From a virus, in IMG/VR virus record IMGVR_UViG_3300037042_004723, positions 32,001 through 96,000 of that record: a DNA stretch of 64,000 nt, one strand, 5' to 3'. Of this stretch, positions 46,176 to 56,802 are shown piece by piece. The notes beneath the pieces are model-generated. The model ran no database searches. It had not been told where the DNA came from and saw only the letters and a list, made by a program, of their open reading frames with translations. Made by a program: the position numbers and the translations under genes. How positions within the stretch are numbered: position 1 is the stretch's first letter; each line of letters starts with the position of its first letter.

Positions 46176-49100
46176 TCATTGACCGATTACGTTTTGAACA
46201 ACAACATCTGTGATTGGTCCTGGTCCGGTGTAATCGGCGCCGAGGGTATCGATCGTGTCAGAAGTCCAGAAGACGATTCTCGTGAGAGTCGAGTCGTACG
46301 CGCGCATGCGATACTGCGCACCAGACACAGGGGGCGCCTGCACAATTTCCAGCGGTTCCTGCGTTTGGATGTCATCCAAGATCACCTGTGCCTGCGTAGC
46401 GCCGGGCAAGATGAATCCAGGCGCGTCCAGGCGCGTCGCAAAGAGATTTGTCATGGCAGGAACGGCCTGACTGAACGACTCATCGTTTCCTGAGTACGGT
46501 CCGTAATTGACGTCTACGCTAAAGGTTGGAACCGTTAACGAATTCCACGGCAGCACGATAGATCTCTTCGCTGCCTGATACCCCTGAACATCTCCCGCCT
46601 TTAACATGATCTTGTCACGGGACAGAAACCCGGCAGTCGAGACGGCAACCGGGGCGAATCCGAACGTGTTCGCCGGGAGCAAGCATAGGCTTGACTCCCC
46701 CTTCAGACCCCTGTCCTGAGTCATCCAGTACAACGGAAACAGTGGCACGCCGGTCGTCGGCATCAATGCGGGGTCGTTGCTGAGACCGCCGGGAACGTCA
46801 AATCCAAAGTTGGATTCGTCATAATTCGATGGAAATACATTTAGAGCTATTTGGCCGGGAAGTCCCTGCCTGAGGTTCGCACGAGCCGAGCCGCTCCACA
46901 TGCTTGACAGCCCACTATCGGAATCCTGAGCAATGCCGAGATTCTTACTGAAGAAGTAGACATACGGATCTGCGTCATCGACCGACGCATTTTTAATCGG
47001 GTCAAACATCATGAACCCGGATCCATACCCATCAAACTTCCCAGAGATGGACATGTACGAGTTGCTGAGATGGACGATGCGAGTTCCGCACCATGCTGCC
47101 GATCCGCTCACTACGGAAGATGAAATCTGGCTTGGTCCATATCCTGGACCGAAATGCTGCGGCTCCTCGGTCCAGCTCGACCCGTCCCATAGCCATGTCT
47201 TGCCGTCGTTGACTGGCGACTGGTTTTGGGCGTTGCCACCGATCAGGACGATTCGCTGACGAACCGGATCCCACACCAAGTCGGCCTGCTGGCGCGGGTC
47301 TGGGGAGGTTCCTGGGGTTACATTCGTCCAAGTGGTGCCGTCATAGGTCCACGTCTCGTTTGATACCGTTCCAGCGACTCGACCGCCGAAGATCACACAG
47401 ACGTTGTTCACCTCGTCGTAGGCCATCGCAGGGTACAGCCGAGCAGATGGCGAGGTGGTTGGAGCCTTCAGGACCCAGGTGACACCTCCATCGCTGGTTT
47501 CGTGGGTCATGTTCGTTGCGGTAAGCGAGAACGCACCGCCGCTATTCCCGCCGAACATGACCACCTGCCCACGCGAGATGTCATAGGCCATGCCCATGTC
47601 CTTGCGCGGCCCAAAACCCGTAAAATTTGTTTGAGTCCAGGTGACGTTGTTGTATGTCCACGTATCAGAAAGTCGACTATCGGCGGTGGTTTGCCCGCCA
47701 GCCATAACGACAACATTCAACGTGGAGTCGAACGCCATGCCATGGTTGTAGCGAAACCCAGGCGTCAGCGCGGGATATCTCAGCTGCCATTCGTAGTCGG
47801 TGTAGACCCACGTGTAATTCGAAGCGATCGTCGGAGATACGCCTGCTTGTCCTGCGTACAGAAGAAGATCGTTATGCGTCGAGCGGTAGACTGCGCGCTG
47901 GCCTCCCCAAAGCCGTGGCCACTGTGTTTTGGTTGTCCAGACTGCGCCGTCCCATAGCCAAGTCCAATTGCTGCCGTAGGCTGAGCTATTGGGTTCGTTT
48001 AGTTCGTCGCCGTCGCTGCCCCACATGACGATCTCGCTGCGAATCGTGTCGTAGGTGAGAGCGCCCATCTGACGTTGACCTGGTCGCTGGCCTGACAGGG
48101 CAACTTGAAGCCATGTAGTCCCGTCCCATAGCCAGGTTTCGCGACTTGGCGATCCGGCATAGCCTCCAAACAAAACGACGCGCGCATTGACGGCGTCCAG
48201 TGCCATGTGGTTGTGGATCTGATCTCTGGCCGTTGGCGATGTTCCTGGCGACAGCATCGCCCAAGTGTTTCCAACGGTATCGAATTGCCACGTCTGGTTA
48301 TTGGGGGCGCCGGCATCCTGACCGCCAAAGATCAGAACTTGACCGTTGACTGGATCGATCGAAATACCAAACGAATCCCTTGGCCCAGGCGCTCCACTCA
48401 CTCCGTCATGGAGGAGAACCCAGTCAGTGCCATCCCACGTCCACGTGTCGTTAAGCGTTGATGCCGTTGATCCAGTAGTGCGACCGCCGAACATGACGAC
48501 TGCGCCAAGTGTCGGCGAGTACACCATGCCGTGGTTCGCGCGCTGCGACGGGATCGTGGCGGGGAACAGCTGAGTCCACTTGCTGCCGTCAAACGACCAT
48601 GTCTCGTCGCTGGTCTCTGCCGGATCGTCGATAAAGCCACCGAACAGAATAGTTCGCTGAAGCGTCTCGTCGTACGCCATCGAGAGGCCGCCGCGCTTGG
48701 ACGGGAATTTAGTGGTCGTAACCGCCCGCCAGGCATCGCCGTCCCATGTCCAGGTCTCGTCGGCTCCCTCGTATCCGCCAACACCGGCCGGGGTGCCACC
48801 GAACAGGACGACAACCTCGTTGTTGACGTCGAACGTCATTGCGTGTCCGGCTCTATTGGCCGGCGTGTGATCGTACCACATCGGTCCAGGATTCGGCCCC
48901 ACCAGCCAGTCCTGGAGATTGTACCCATGTCCACCGGCCCACCACCCATGCGGAGCGGCATCGTCGGCTACGATGTTGAATGTTTGCTGCCCATCCGGAT
49001 AAAGCGGGATCGCCTCGAACGTGGGTCCAGCATCAGGTCCGAGGCCGACCAGAACGATTTCGTCGGTCGCTGATGGAACCTCGGTCGCTGATGGTGTGCC

Positions 49101-49406
49101 TCCAGTAAACCCCGCAGAGACTGATAGCTTGATATACCAGGTCGTCGTTGTGTCTATCTGAAAGCAGAACTGGCGCGTCCCGCCTGGTTGCTGGAGCACA
49201 AACCACGCGAGCGAGTTCTCCATGCCGCCTGCGCCGATGCCAGCAGACGTGATTGCGTCGTTGACGTTGCCTGGAGTCGTCGTGAACGTCGTGCCGTCGC
49301 TGGACGCCTGATGGATCCATCCAGCAGTCTTAAGCAGCTGTTTGAGTCTGAAGATCGCTTCAGCAAACGTAGCCGGGATAAAGTTGACATCATATTGCAT
49401 CGTCAT
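46176..49406 (-). CDS. Putative virion protein with Kelch/beta-propeller repeats
   Basis: More than 10 repeats of ..YD....VVLFGG......ETW.WDG..W; N-terminal domain shared with the two upstream genes. Confidence 0.8.
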   Translation of the reverse strand: MTMQYDVNFIPATFAEAIFRLKQLLKTAGWIHQASSDGTTFTTTPGNVNDAITSAGIGAGGMENSLAWFVLQQPGGTRQFCFQIDTTTTWYIKLSVSAGFTGGTPSATEVPSATDEIVLVGLGPDAGPTFEAIPLYPDGQQTFNIVADDAAPHGWWAGGHGYNLQDWLVGPNPGPMWYDHTPANRAGHAMTFDVNNEVVVLFGGTPAGVGGYEGADETWTWDGDAWRAVTTTKFPSKRGGLSMAYDETLQRTILFGGFIDDPAETSDETWSFDGSKWTQLFPATIPSQRANHGMVYSPTLGAVVMFGGRTTGSTASTLNDTWTWDGTDWVLLHDGVSGAPGPRDSFGISIDPVNGQVLIFGGQDAGAPNNQTWQFDTVGNTWAMLSPGTSPTARDQIHNHMALDAVNARVVLFGGYAGSPSRETWLWDGTTWLQVALSGQRPGQRQMGALTYDTIRSEIVMWGSDGDELNEPNSSAYGSNWTWLWDGAVWTTKTQWPRLWGGQRAVYRSTHNDLLLYAGQAGVSPTIASNYTWVYTDYEWQLRYPALTPGFRYNHGMAFDSTLNVVVMAGGQTTADSRLSDTWTYNNVTWTQTNFTGFGPRKDMGMAYDISRGQVVMFGGNSGGAFSLTATNMTHETSDGGVTWVLKAPTTSPSARLYPAMAYDEVNNVCVIFGGRVAGTVSNETWTYDGTTWTNVTPGTSPDPRQQADLVWDPVRQRIVLIGGNAQNQSPVNDGKTWLWDGSSWTEEPQHFGPGYGPSQISSSVVSGSAAWCGTRIVHLSNSYMSISGKFDGYGSGFMMFDPIKNASVDDADPYVYFFSKNLGIAQDSDSGLSSMWSGSARANLRQGLPGQIALNVFPSNYDESNFGFDVPGGLSNDPALMPTTGVPLFPLYWMTQDRGLKGESSLCLLPANTFGFAPVAVSTAGFLSRDKIMLKAGDVQGYQAAKRSIVLPWNSLTVPTFSVDVNYGPYSGNDESFSQAVPAMTNLFATRLDAPGFILPGATQAQVILDDIQTQEPLEIVQAPPVSGAQYRMRAYDSTLTRIVFWTSDTIDTLGADYTGPGPITDVVVQNVIGQ

Positions 49407-49409
49407 GGT

Positions 49410-50474
49410 TCAGACCCTCGGCAGCGTTCCGTTCCATGGCAGCGACGCCCACCCGATGACGATCGCATCACGTGGCGTGCTTACCTGGAGAACTTGTCCA
49501 TAGGGGAGCTTTTGTGCGACCCAGTGCATCATCGTTGAGCGCCCCTTGTAGCCGGTCGCGAACCTGCCCGTCGCCGGACTTCTGGAGTAGTCTATGCTCC
49601 ATCCGGCATTAACCATATAGACCATTGGGAATCGATCTATTTTGTTGTTTGCAGGATTAAATGGACCGACGTCGGTTGCCCCGCTGAGCGGGGCGATGGC
49701 AAACCCTTGCCAGGCTTCGTTGGGTCCGCCCTTGTCGAACCATCCATGAGCGGATGCCTGATCATTCGGTGTGCTGCCAGAGAATTGGTAAAATTCCTCG
49801 CTCCACGGCTCGTGTGTGTTTCGAGAGAAATAAAATCCAAATGGGTCAGGATCGGCTGGATCTGTATCGACGAGTGGATCGAACACGGCTGCCATGCGCG
49901 GGCTTGTTCCGATCCCGACAATCGGGTAGCCAGCAAGCCAGAATCCGTACGGCGCCGCGTTGTCGGCTGCCATGTGACAGATCGATCCAACCTTATTGCT
50001 GCCATACGGATAGGAAAGCCATGGCTCGAACACTGGAGCTGCATCGGTCCCGCCGCCCATCAGGAACTGCTGATCGGTGGCGCTGCTAGTCTCGAATTCC
50101 GACGGGGTTCCACCCGTAAATCCAGCATTGAACGAATACTTTATGCGCCACCAGGACATGTTGTTCGCCTGGCCCTGGATCTGAAACTGAAGCTGGCGTG
50201 CAGATCCGGGGTGCTTGAGCACAAACCACGCAAGGTCATTGTTCATGCCGTTAGGGCCAGACAGCTCGTGCGTAATAACGTCATTGACGTTGCCTAGCGT
50301 TGTAGAGAACACGCCATCCCCATCGCCCGATGCTTGATGGATCCATCCTGCGGACTTAAGAAGTGCCTTGAGGCGAAATCCGACCCGGGCGCCCTGGAAC
50401 GACTTGTTCGGAGGCGGCGTGTTGCTGCTGTTGCCTTCGTCTTCCAGTAGAATATTGGTGTCAAAAACAAGCAT
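49410..50474 (-). CDS. Putative virion protein, paralog of its neighbours
   Basis: FRLKALLKSAGW..ASGDG...AWFVL...GFTGGTPS...SATD. Confidence 0.75.
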   Translation of the reverse strand: MLVFDTNILLEDEGNSSNTPPPNKSFQGARVGFRLKALLKSAGWIHQASGDGDGVFSTTLGNVNDVITHELSGPNGMNNDLAWFVLKHPGSARQLQFQIQGQANNMSWWRIKYSFNAGFTGGTPSEFETSSATDQQFLMGGGTDAAPVFEPWLSYPYGSNKVGSICHMAADNAAPYGFWLAGYPIVGIGTSPRMAAVFDPLVDTDPADPDPFGFYFSRNTHEPWSEEFYQFSGSTPNDQASAHGWFDKGGPNEAWQGFAIAPLSGATDVGPFNPANNKIDRFPMVYMVNAGWSIDYSRSPATGRFATGYKGRSTMMHWVAQKLPYGQVLQVSTPRDAIVIGWASLPWNGTLPRV

Positions 50475-51397
50475 CAGACATCCCTCTTTGGGAGAGACCC
50501 ATTCCATGGGGCGATGAGGCTTGAACCGATTGTTATAAGGTCGCCCGGCGTGGTCTTGGTCAGCACGGTCCCTGGGTTTCGATTATTGCTAGTGTAGCGA
50601 AGCATTGTCGATATCCCCTTGGAGCCCTGTCCTCGATTCGAAATAGCCCCGTAGACTACTGCAGCCAGATCGTCTTTCCCGTTGTATTGATTAGAACCAG
50701 ATCCCGCAGCGTAGGCGTACTGAGGTAATCCGGGCCACAATGCTTGGCCTGATATTTCACCATACGCAAGCATGTTTAAGCGTGCAAATCTCTCATCGGT
50801 AGTGTCGGTGCGAGTATACCCAAACGGAATAATTTCGCCGCCGCTGCAGAGAACATAGACGAACGGATCCGGGTCGAGCGCTGCGCCCACGGTTGGTGCG
50901 AGAGTATCCATCATGACGACGCAGCCTGTGTTAACAACGTCATCCGAATGAAGAGGCGAAGCCCAGAATCGGTATTGGTCAGTGTCTTCTGCTCCAATGT
51001 TATACCTGAGCGCGTTGCCGCTTAAGCCGCTGGACAGCGTTCCTTCATCCGTGGCGGACGGCGGAGTATTCGCATCGGGTGACCCGCCGGTGAATCCGGC
51101 GCGAGACACTCGGACAGTCCATATTGTTTCGGTAGCGTATGGCGGAATGTTGTCCCAAAACATCCACGCATGGCCTTCGGGGGATTGCACGACAAACCAC
51201 GCCGTGAAGTTGATGCCGCCCGGTACGTCTCGTGTTTCTACTGTGATCTGATCGCCGGTCGGGTTGTACGTAATCCCGTCCGACGACTGAGGGACGGTCC
51301 AGCCGGCCAACTTGAGCTGTTCCTTAAGGTGGAACAGCGCAGAGCTGACATCACCGGCGTTGCCTAGCCAGATATTGGTTTCAAAGATGAATGCCAT
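50474..51397 (-). CDS. Putative virion protein, paralog of its neighbours
   Basis: FHLKEQLKLAGW..SSDG...AWFVV...GFTGGSP...SATD. Confidence 0.75.
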   Translation of the reverse strand: MAFIFETNIWLGNAGDVSSALFHLKEQLKLAGWTVPQSSDGITYNPTGDQITVETRDVPGGINFTAWFVVQSPEGHAWMFWDNIPPYATETIWTVRVSRAGFTGGSPDANTPPSATDEGTLSSGLSGNALRYNIGAEDTDQYRFWASPLHSDDVVNTGCVVMMDTLAPTVGAALDPDPFVYVLCSGGEIIPFGYTRTDTTDERFARLNMLAYGEISGQALWPGLPQYAYAAGSGSNQYNGKDDLAAVVYGAISNRGQGSKGISTMLRYTSNNRNPGTVLTKTTPGDLITIGSSLIAPWNGSLPKRDV

Positions 51398-51659
51398 GGG
51401 CAGGGACTCCTGTCATACGCTGGCAGATCTCTAAAGACAATCCCCAGTCATTCTTAGATCTTCAGCAGTAACCAGTATCATAGTCGGCCATCGGCAACAA
51501 CGCTCCGGACCAGGCACGCCAGGGCGCCATGGACGGTGAGTCGAACTGCCTGTGGAAAACCTGTGAGTAGTTGAAATTCTTGACAATGGCGGAAGCTGGA
51601 GGTACTTCAACTTCGAATAAGCGGCAGTCTGGGTCTCCGCCAAGGGGGTGGAGCATGAT

Positions 51660-52040
51660 CGACGGCCAAGGGAGACCGTGATGCAAGAGATGAGAAGCGA
51701 ATTGAAGAATTTTGCAGTCCTACAGGAGCAGGTACTGCGCAGCCATGACGAGACCAAAGGCGAGGCCAGCTGGAAGCACAACAGCGCGCAAGCGCTTGCG
51801 TCGCGCCTGACTGAGGAGTTCGGCGAGGTGTTGACGCACCTGTTCGGCCAGGACCCGGTCTGCGACTTCCTGATCGCCTCGCTCAGGGACCACGTGGAGG
51901 AATCCGGAGTGAGCCTGGACTACAAGCCGGAGACCATGCAAAGGGAGCTGGCCGACGTAGCCAACTTCTGCATGATGCTGCACGATGTGGCCGGCGGGAT
52001 TGACCCGCGCCACTCCGACACTTCAACCATCAAGGCCTAG
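51660..52040 (+). CDS. MazG-like nucleotide pyrophosphohydrolase
   Basis: LTEEFGEV and RELADVANFCMM acidic motifs. Confidence 0.65.
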   Translation, partial: RRPRETVMQEMRSELKNFAVLQEQVLRSHDETKGEASWKHNSAQALASRLTEEFGEVLTHLFGQDPVCDFLIASLRDHVEESGVSLDYKPETMQRELADVANFCMMLHDVAGGIDPRHSDTSTIKA

Positions 52041-52044
52041 ACGC

Positions 52045-52284
52045 ATGTCATTTCGTTGCGACTTCTGCTCCGTGCCCCAGCCTGCCGGTACTGTCCCGAA
52101 TGTAGTTGTTACCAAGACCCGTCCACGGGACTACAATGGCATCCCAGGGAGCGAGATTGCCCAGGAAAAGCGCTCCTGCGCCGATTGTTTCCCGGCAGCT
52201 CAAGGCAATGTAGAGGTTCTAGCGCCGAAGCCATCGCTCTACACTGCAGTCGATTCCCGATTCGACGAATCGACTGATCACTGA
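52045..52284 (+). CDS. Small Zn-finger protein
   Basis: CDFC...CADC. Confidence 0.6.
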   Translation: MSFRCDFCSVPQPAGTVPNVVVTKTRPRDYNGIPGSEIAQEKRSCADCFPAAQGNVEVLAPKPSLYTAVDSRFDESTDH

Positions 52285-52713
52285 ATCCAGTTGGAAGTTG
52301 TCCTCGTAGCGGGGGAAGAAAACGTCGCAGTCGAAGGACTTGTCGACCTTCGTTACGATGAGTTCCGTGCAGGCTGGGTGATCGATGGCCTCAGCGTAGA
52401 TTTGCCCTCCGCCGATCACGAACTTCCTGTCTGCTGGGACCTCAAGCGCAGCGTCAAGGCTGCCCAGAGTAATCGCCCCGGCTGGTACCGAGCTGCGCGA
52501 TAGCACGATGTTGGTGCGCCCCGGCAGCGGCCTGAACTTCTCAGGAATCGACTCCCACGTCTTCCTGCCCATGATGACGGAGTTGGCCCCTCCTCCGCTG
52601 GTAGTCAGCTCACGGAAGTGCTTCATGTCTTCCTTGAGGCGCCATGGCAGCGCTCCGGTCTTGCCAATTCCAAGCTCGGAGTCCGTGGCCACGACGATCG
52701 TGAAGTTTTTCAT
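52219..52713 (-). CDS. folA: Dihydrofolate reductase
   Basis: GIGKTGALPWRLKEDMKHF, VIMGRKTWESIP, RPLPGRTNIVLS, FVIGGGQIY, DCDVFFP. Confidence 0.95.
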   Translation of the reverse strand: MKNFTIVVATDSELGIGKTGALPWRLKEDMKHFRELTTSGGGANSVIMGRKTWESIPEKFRPLPGRTNIVLSRSSVPAGAITLGSLDAALEVPADRKFVIGGGQIYAEAIDHPACTELIVTKVDKSFDCDVFFPRYEDNFQLDSVISRFVESGIDCSVERWLRR

Positions 52714-52742
52714 CGCATACTGGATGCAGGTCATGCCTCCGA

Positions 52743-53405
52743 TTGTCAACCTTCCGGATGAGGTTTGACAGGCGATTATCTAGTAGTATCAAGGTCGTGT
52801 ATCGTCTGACACCAGACTCTCGATACTTCATCAGGTACGGCATCGAGTCGTGCCTTGGTGACGTCGATGATGATGGGAAGTACTCCATCCAGGTTGAAGG
52901 AATAGTCCTTTGTTCTTCATCGGATGATGATGACGGAACCGTATGTGGCAGGTTGCGCGCCTACATCCTCAAGACTGAGGACATGATCGAGGCCGAAGGG
53001 TTCGACATCGATGCGTGGGAGGGGGAGGACGAGCTGGACGATGTTGCCAGGTCGATTTACACGACATCCGGCACATGGTCCGATGATGTCAGGTCCGTGT
53101 GGCCCGACGTTACGAGCATGGATGTGCTTGTAATAGAAGACATATTCCTTGAAAAGCCGCACCGAAGGATGGGCATAGGGCTGGCGATTGCCGATCGCAC
53201 CATCTCTGTGTTTGGACGTGGTTGCGGATTGGCTGCCATCAGCCCATGGCCGTCCGAGGTCGAGAACAGAGACGACGAGGATGAAGCCAAGCAGGCCCAT
53301 CGCAAGATAGGCAAGTATTCTCAGAGACTTGGGTTCAAGATCGTTCCAGGGACTGACCTCTGGGTCATGTCTCTTGAGCATGTGATCGATCGTGATAGCA
53401 ACTAG
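52743..53405 (+). CDS. GNAT-like acetyltransferase (tentative)
   Basis: IEDIFLEKPHRRMGIG resembles acetyl-CoA-binding motif A; start uncertain. Confidence 0.55.
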   Translation: MSTFRMRFDRRLSSSIKVVYRLTPDSRYFIRYGIESCLGDVDDDGKYSIQVEGIVLCSSSDDDDGTVCGRLRAYILKTEDMIEAEGFDIDAWEGEDELDDVARSIYTTSGTWSDDVRSVWPDVTSMDVLVIEDIFLEKPHRRMGIGLAIADRTISVFGRGCGLAAISPWPSEVENRDDEDEAKQAHRKIGKYSQRLGFKIVPGTDLWVMSLEHVIDRDSN

Positions 53406-53486
53406 CCCTGCTATTCGTAACTTTTCCGTGGAGAGACTTTTGTAATTCACCATTGGCTGCTGAGGCCAACGACAGGGGGTTCGTGC

Positions 53487-53768
53487 ATGAGGGCAGAGAT
53501 TCTCTCCGTAATCAGACCGTTCCTGTTCCAGGATACAGTCTCCAAGGTATCCGTCATGCTTGATCAATATCGGTCGGAGATTGAGTCTGGGATGGCCACA
53601 AAGAAGGATAAGCCTGGAGATATTCGCCTGCTTGAAGATCAGGTCGATCATCTGCTGAAGGCTATGACGATGATCTTGAAGGTGTCGACAAATTCAGACG
53701 GCGCTATGATGGCGAGGGGAATTGCCGAAGAGGCAATCTCAACGACCGCCGCCAATGACCGACCATAA
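53487..53768 (+). CDS. Hypothetical protein
   Basis: ORF track. Confidence 0.6.
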   Translation: MRAEILSVIRPFLFQDTVSKVSVMLDQYRSEIESGMATKKDKPGDIRLLEDQVDHLLKAMTMILKVSTNSDGAMMARGIAEEAISTTAANDRP

Positions 53769-53943
53769 ACTCCATGAGTTGTTAGAGCGCATAGCCGTTC
53801 AGCTTGAACGGCTAGCCTCCGCCATGGAAAAAACGAATGCTTTGTCAGAAAAGCTGATGAAGTGCCCTGGGTGCATGGGCGACGGCAAGGCGTACGGAAG
53901 TGGTAGATGTATACGCTGCGCTGGTACGGGCGTTAAGCAGTAG
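53755..53943 (+). CDS. Small protein with CxxCxGxG Zn finger
   Basis: CPGCMGDG...CIRCAGTG. Confidence 0.6.
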   Translation: MTDHKLHELLERIAVQLERLASAMEKTNALSEKLMKCPGCMGDGKAYGSGRCIRCAGTGVKQ

Positions 53944-53961
53944 TCGCCAGCGCTCTTTTTC

Positions 53962-54450
53962 GTGATGGGCTATTCTGGATCCTGGGGGTACAGGTCCATG
54001 GACGTAGCTAAATCTCGCAAAACGACGCGGGTACTCTACCTGTATCTGACCATTCCGTTGATAATCCTGACGGCAGTCTTTGGGATGATCGCCCTGATGA
54101 CTCGCACGAAGGACGCTGCGGCGCCTAGACCTGAGTCTGCGGCCCCTGTCAGACCTGATGCCGGACCGGAAGCCGCTGGCAGCTCATGGGCCGGCAGGAG
54201 ACCATCTGTTGAACTGGCGCCGCTTGACGAGCATGCCAGCGGCAAGGACGAGGTCAAGTCCAGCGGATCTAAGGAGTCCACGGCCGGTAATGCGGCCATT
54301 GTAACTGCAATTATGGGCGGGCTCACCGGCTTGATGGGGGCCATGACTCAGACGTTCATGGCGTTCCTGAAGATGCGGGACCGGCGGAGGCATAGATCTA
54401 ACGACGAAGAAACAGGCGAAACGCTACCGGACGATCAGGAACACGGCTAG
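53962..54450 (+). CDS. Membrane protein with two hydrophobic segments
   Basis: Hydrophobic stretches near both ends. Confidence 0.6.
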   Translation: MMGYSGSWGYRSMDVAKSRKTTRVLYLYLTIPLIILTAVFGMIALMTRTKDAAAPRPESAAPVRPDAGPEAAGSSWAGRRPSVELAPLDEHASGKDEVKSSGSKESTAGNAAIVTAIMGGLTGLMGAMTQTFMAFLKMRDRRRHRSNDEETGETLPDDQEHG

Positions 54451-54475
54451 AATCACTGCAGGTAGCGTAGCGATC

Positions 54476-54796
54476 ATGGGCCTTTGCGTGGGATACCTCG
54501 GCTGGAGAGCGCCGGCCATACGGCGCCACACCGGAGAGCCAGCCATGGAATCACTTGATACGGATGGGTCGGAAGTTATTTGGCCCAAGCCTTCCAATAG
54601 GCAACGGCTAGTTCACGTCGGCGAGCGAACCGAACGCGAACCTGCCCTGCTCACCTGCCAGGGCGCATGCAGCAAGCCCCACGTGAAGTGGACCACGCAT
54701 CACATCGTTAACTCGTCATCGTTTCAGTGCGGCGCGTGTGGAACGACAAGACGGTGGGGCCTGGGCTTCGGATTTGACGGCCGTACAGATAAATAG
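54476..54796 (+). CDS. Hypothetical Zn-ribbon protein
   Basis: CQGAC...CGACG; start uncertain. Confidence 0.5.
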   Translation: MGLCVGYLGWRAPAIRRHTGEPAMESLDTDGSEVIWPKPSNRQRLVHVGERTEREPALLTCQGACSKPHVKWTTHHIVNSSSFQCGACGTTRRWGLGFGFDGRTDK

Positions 54797-54936
54797 ACGT
54801 CCCATATCCTCGAAATTAAAGGACGCCGCAACGGCTCTACGGAATTTGGTTTTTGATAAAACCCCAATCTTGACAATGCGTCGATGGCGCGGTCTTATGT
54901 CAGCTATACGAGCATGTGTTCGCTCGGTGAGGCTGA

Positions 54937-55365
54937 ATGTCCGACGACGTCAAAAAGAAAAGCTGCAAGCGCTGTCATAGGTCCAAGCTGCTGAAGGAAT
55001 TCGTGCCTTCGGCTATGTCGAAGGATGGCACGCTTGGCTACTGTAGGACCTGCTGGTCGGCCAAGATGGAGGAGGCGGCCCAGGTTCGCTCTAACAATGC
55101 AAAGCCAAGGAAGGCCAAGATTGGTCGCCCCGAGGGAGGCAAGACCAAGAACAAGTCGCCAGACATTCAGGCCGCTAACGATGCCCTCATGGCCTCCGGC
55201 TCCGTCAAGGAGAAGTTCCTCGTTCGCGCAAACGACGGGGACGTCTCTGAGTTCACCCATGAAGGCAAGGCGCTGCGTCAGGCCATGGAGTGGAAGATGG
55301 CTGGGTTCGTCGTGACCGTGTGGCGCCAGTGCGAGTTCGAAATGGTTCTGCGGATTATCGGATAG
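54937..55365 (+). CDS. Zn-finger protein
   Basis: KSCKRCHRSKLLKEF...KDG...YCRTC. Confidence 0.7.
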   Translation: MSDDVKKKSCKRCHRSKLLKEFVPSAMSKDGTLGYCRTCWSAKMEEAAQVRSNNAKPRKAKIGRPEGGKTKNKSPDIQAANDALMASGSVKEKFLVRANDGDVSEFTHEGKALRQAMEWKMAGFVVTVWRQCEFEMVLRIIG

Positions 55366-55373
55366 GAAGAAAC

Positions 55374-55745
55374 ATGAAAGAGCTGAAGCTAAAGACTTTC
55401 ATCCATGCTGACTTTCGCAAGTCGGAGGAGACGCTGTTCAACGAGTTCCTCAAGACTGATTACGGCGCGTCCATCAAAAATGGCGAGCACGTGATGTTCA
55501 TCAGCATGAGCGACAATCTGTATCAATTCGTCGAGGCCCCTGACGAATTCGACACCATCAACCGCCGTGGACAGAAGGTCCGCGTCAAGGTGCTGGCATC
55601 GCAGCGGTTCAGAATTCGTGGCGGCAAATGGGATCCGCTGATGCTGTCCGTGTACGCCGAAAGGGCAGGCTACCGTATCACGGGGATCAAGCGCTTCGAG
55701 TGGTATCTCAAGGAGCGCGTCCTGGAGCTAAAGAAGGCCGCATAG
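55374..55745 (+). CDS. Hypothetical protein
   Basis: AGGAAG RBS; start at MKELK. Confidence 0.7.
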   Translation: MKELKLKTFIHADFRKSEETLFNEFLKTDYGASIKNGEHVMFISMSDNLYQFVEAPDEFDTINRRGQKVRVKVLASQRFRIRGGKWDPLMLSVYAERAGYRITGIKRFEWYLKERVLELKKAA

Positions 55746-55843
55746 CCGCGCAAGCGCTTTCGTCTCCGACGTTCTTGACAATTAGCTCTTGTGGCAGCAT
55801 CGTTTTTGGGGTTTATCGATCCCGATGGAAGCGATGGTGACGA

Positions 55844-56362
55844 ATGCCAGGACCTGATTTTGAACCGCTTGAAGGGCTGTCAGAGGAAGATAAGTCTTAC
55901 CTGGACAGCCACAAGAATGCTTTCCAGCGCCAGGCAGCGGCTCGCGCCGGGGATGAGGCGCGGAAAAAGGCTGCGGAGGAGCACATGAGGTCTGTGCGGA
56001 CTGCCGCCGGGTTTCCGCCGGATGCTCCTGTTTCTGCCCCTTCGATAAACGGAACGTCGGCGCATCATGCTGCTCCGCTGGTTCCGGCTGGCCGGATTTC
56101 CATCATGGTAGCCGTCCCCGACGCTAACGGTGGGCTCCCTTCGACGACCGAGAAGTTCGCTCCTGACTGGAACGCCATAAAGGACAGGATTTCCAAGTTC
56201 AACGGAACCTGGGTGGTGTCCAGGCATGAGTTCTCTGGGCAGGTTGCGGACATACTTGGATTCTTCGGCAAGGACGGCTGGCCCAAGCCGGAGGATTCCG
56301 AGAAGGAAGTTTTCGAGGCCATCGTGAAGAATGGTCGAGTATTCAGAACGGATCCGGAATAG
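55844..56362 (+). CDS. Hypothetical protein
   Basis: ORF track. Confidence 0.65.
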   Translation: MPGPDFEPLEGLSEEDKSYLDSHKNAFQRQAAARAGDEARKKAAEEHMRSVRTAAGFPPDAPVSAPSINGTSAHHAAPLVPAGRISIMVAVPDANGGLPSTTEKFAPDWNAIKDRISKFNGTWVVSRHEFSGQVADILGFFGKDGWPKPEDSEKEVFEAIVKNGRVFRTDPE

Positions 56363-56409
56363 ATCTGGACGTGTGGACTCTTGCTTTGGTTAGGCTATAA
56401 GATCTATCC

Positions 56410-56802
56410 TTGGCTTACATTGGCCAGGGAAAGTTCACGATGCCAACCAAGAATGGCCTGAAGCGAATCTCCGATGCCATTTCCAGGAAGCAAGGCATCG
56501 CGGCGGTCCTTGTTCCCAGGCGTGTTGCTCTTGATCTTGTCGAGGAGATGTATCCGCACTCCGACTTTGACGGCGTGACAGGCGATGCTCTCGATATTGT
56601 CGTCGATAGAGCACGGGACAAGTACATCAAGCTCGTGACCCAGGGTGGCTATATCGGGACCGTGATGTCTGTTCCGATGGTGGTCGCCGATGATGTCGTT
56701 GTCTGCTCACTGACCGAGCAGGAGCTTGTGGATTCAGCTGGCAGGCTTGGTGTCGACATGAACGAGCTGTACCGTGATCGTCGTCGGGCAGGGGCTGCCT
56801 GA
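56410..56802 (+). CDS. Hypothetical protein
   Basis: TGATG coupling to the next gene. Confidence 0.65.
   Translation: MAYIGQGKFTMPTKNGLKRISDAISRKQGIAAVLVPRRVALDLVEEMYPHSDFDGVTGDALDIVVDRARDKYIKLVTQGGYIGTVMSVPMVVADDVVVCSLTEQELVDSAGRLGVDMNELYRDRRRAGAA

Noticed and set aside
55374-55745. IS66 TnpB-like accessory protein (DFRKS resemblance)
   Set aside because: Only a few residues match; no transposase or terminal inverted repeats nearby
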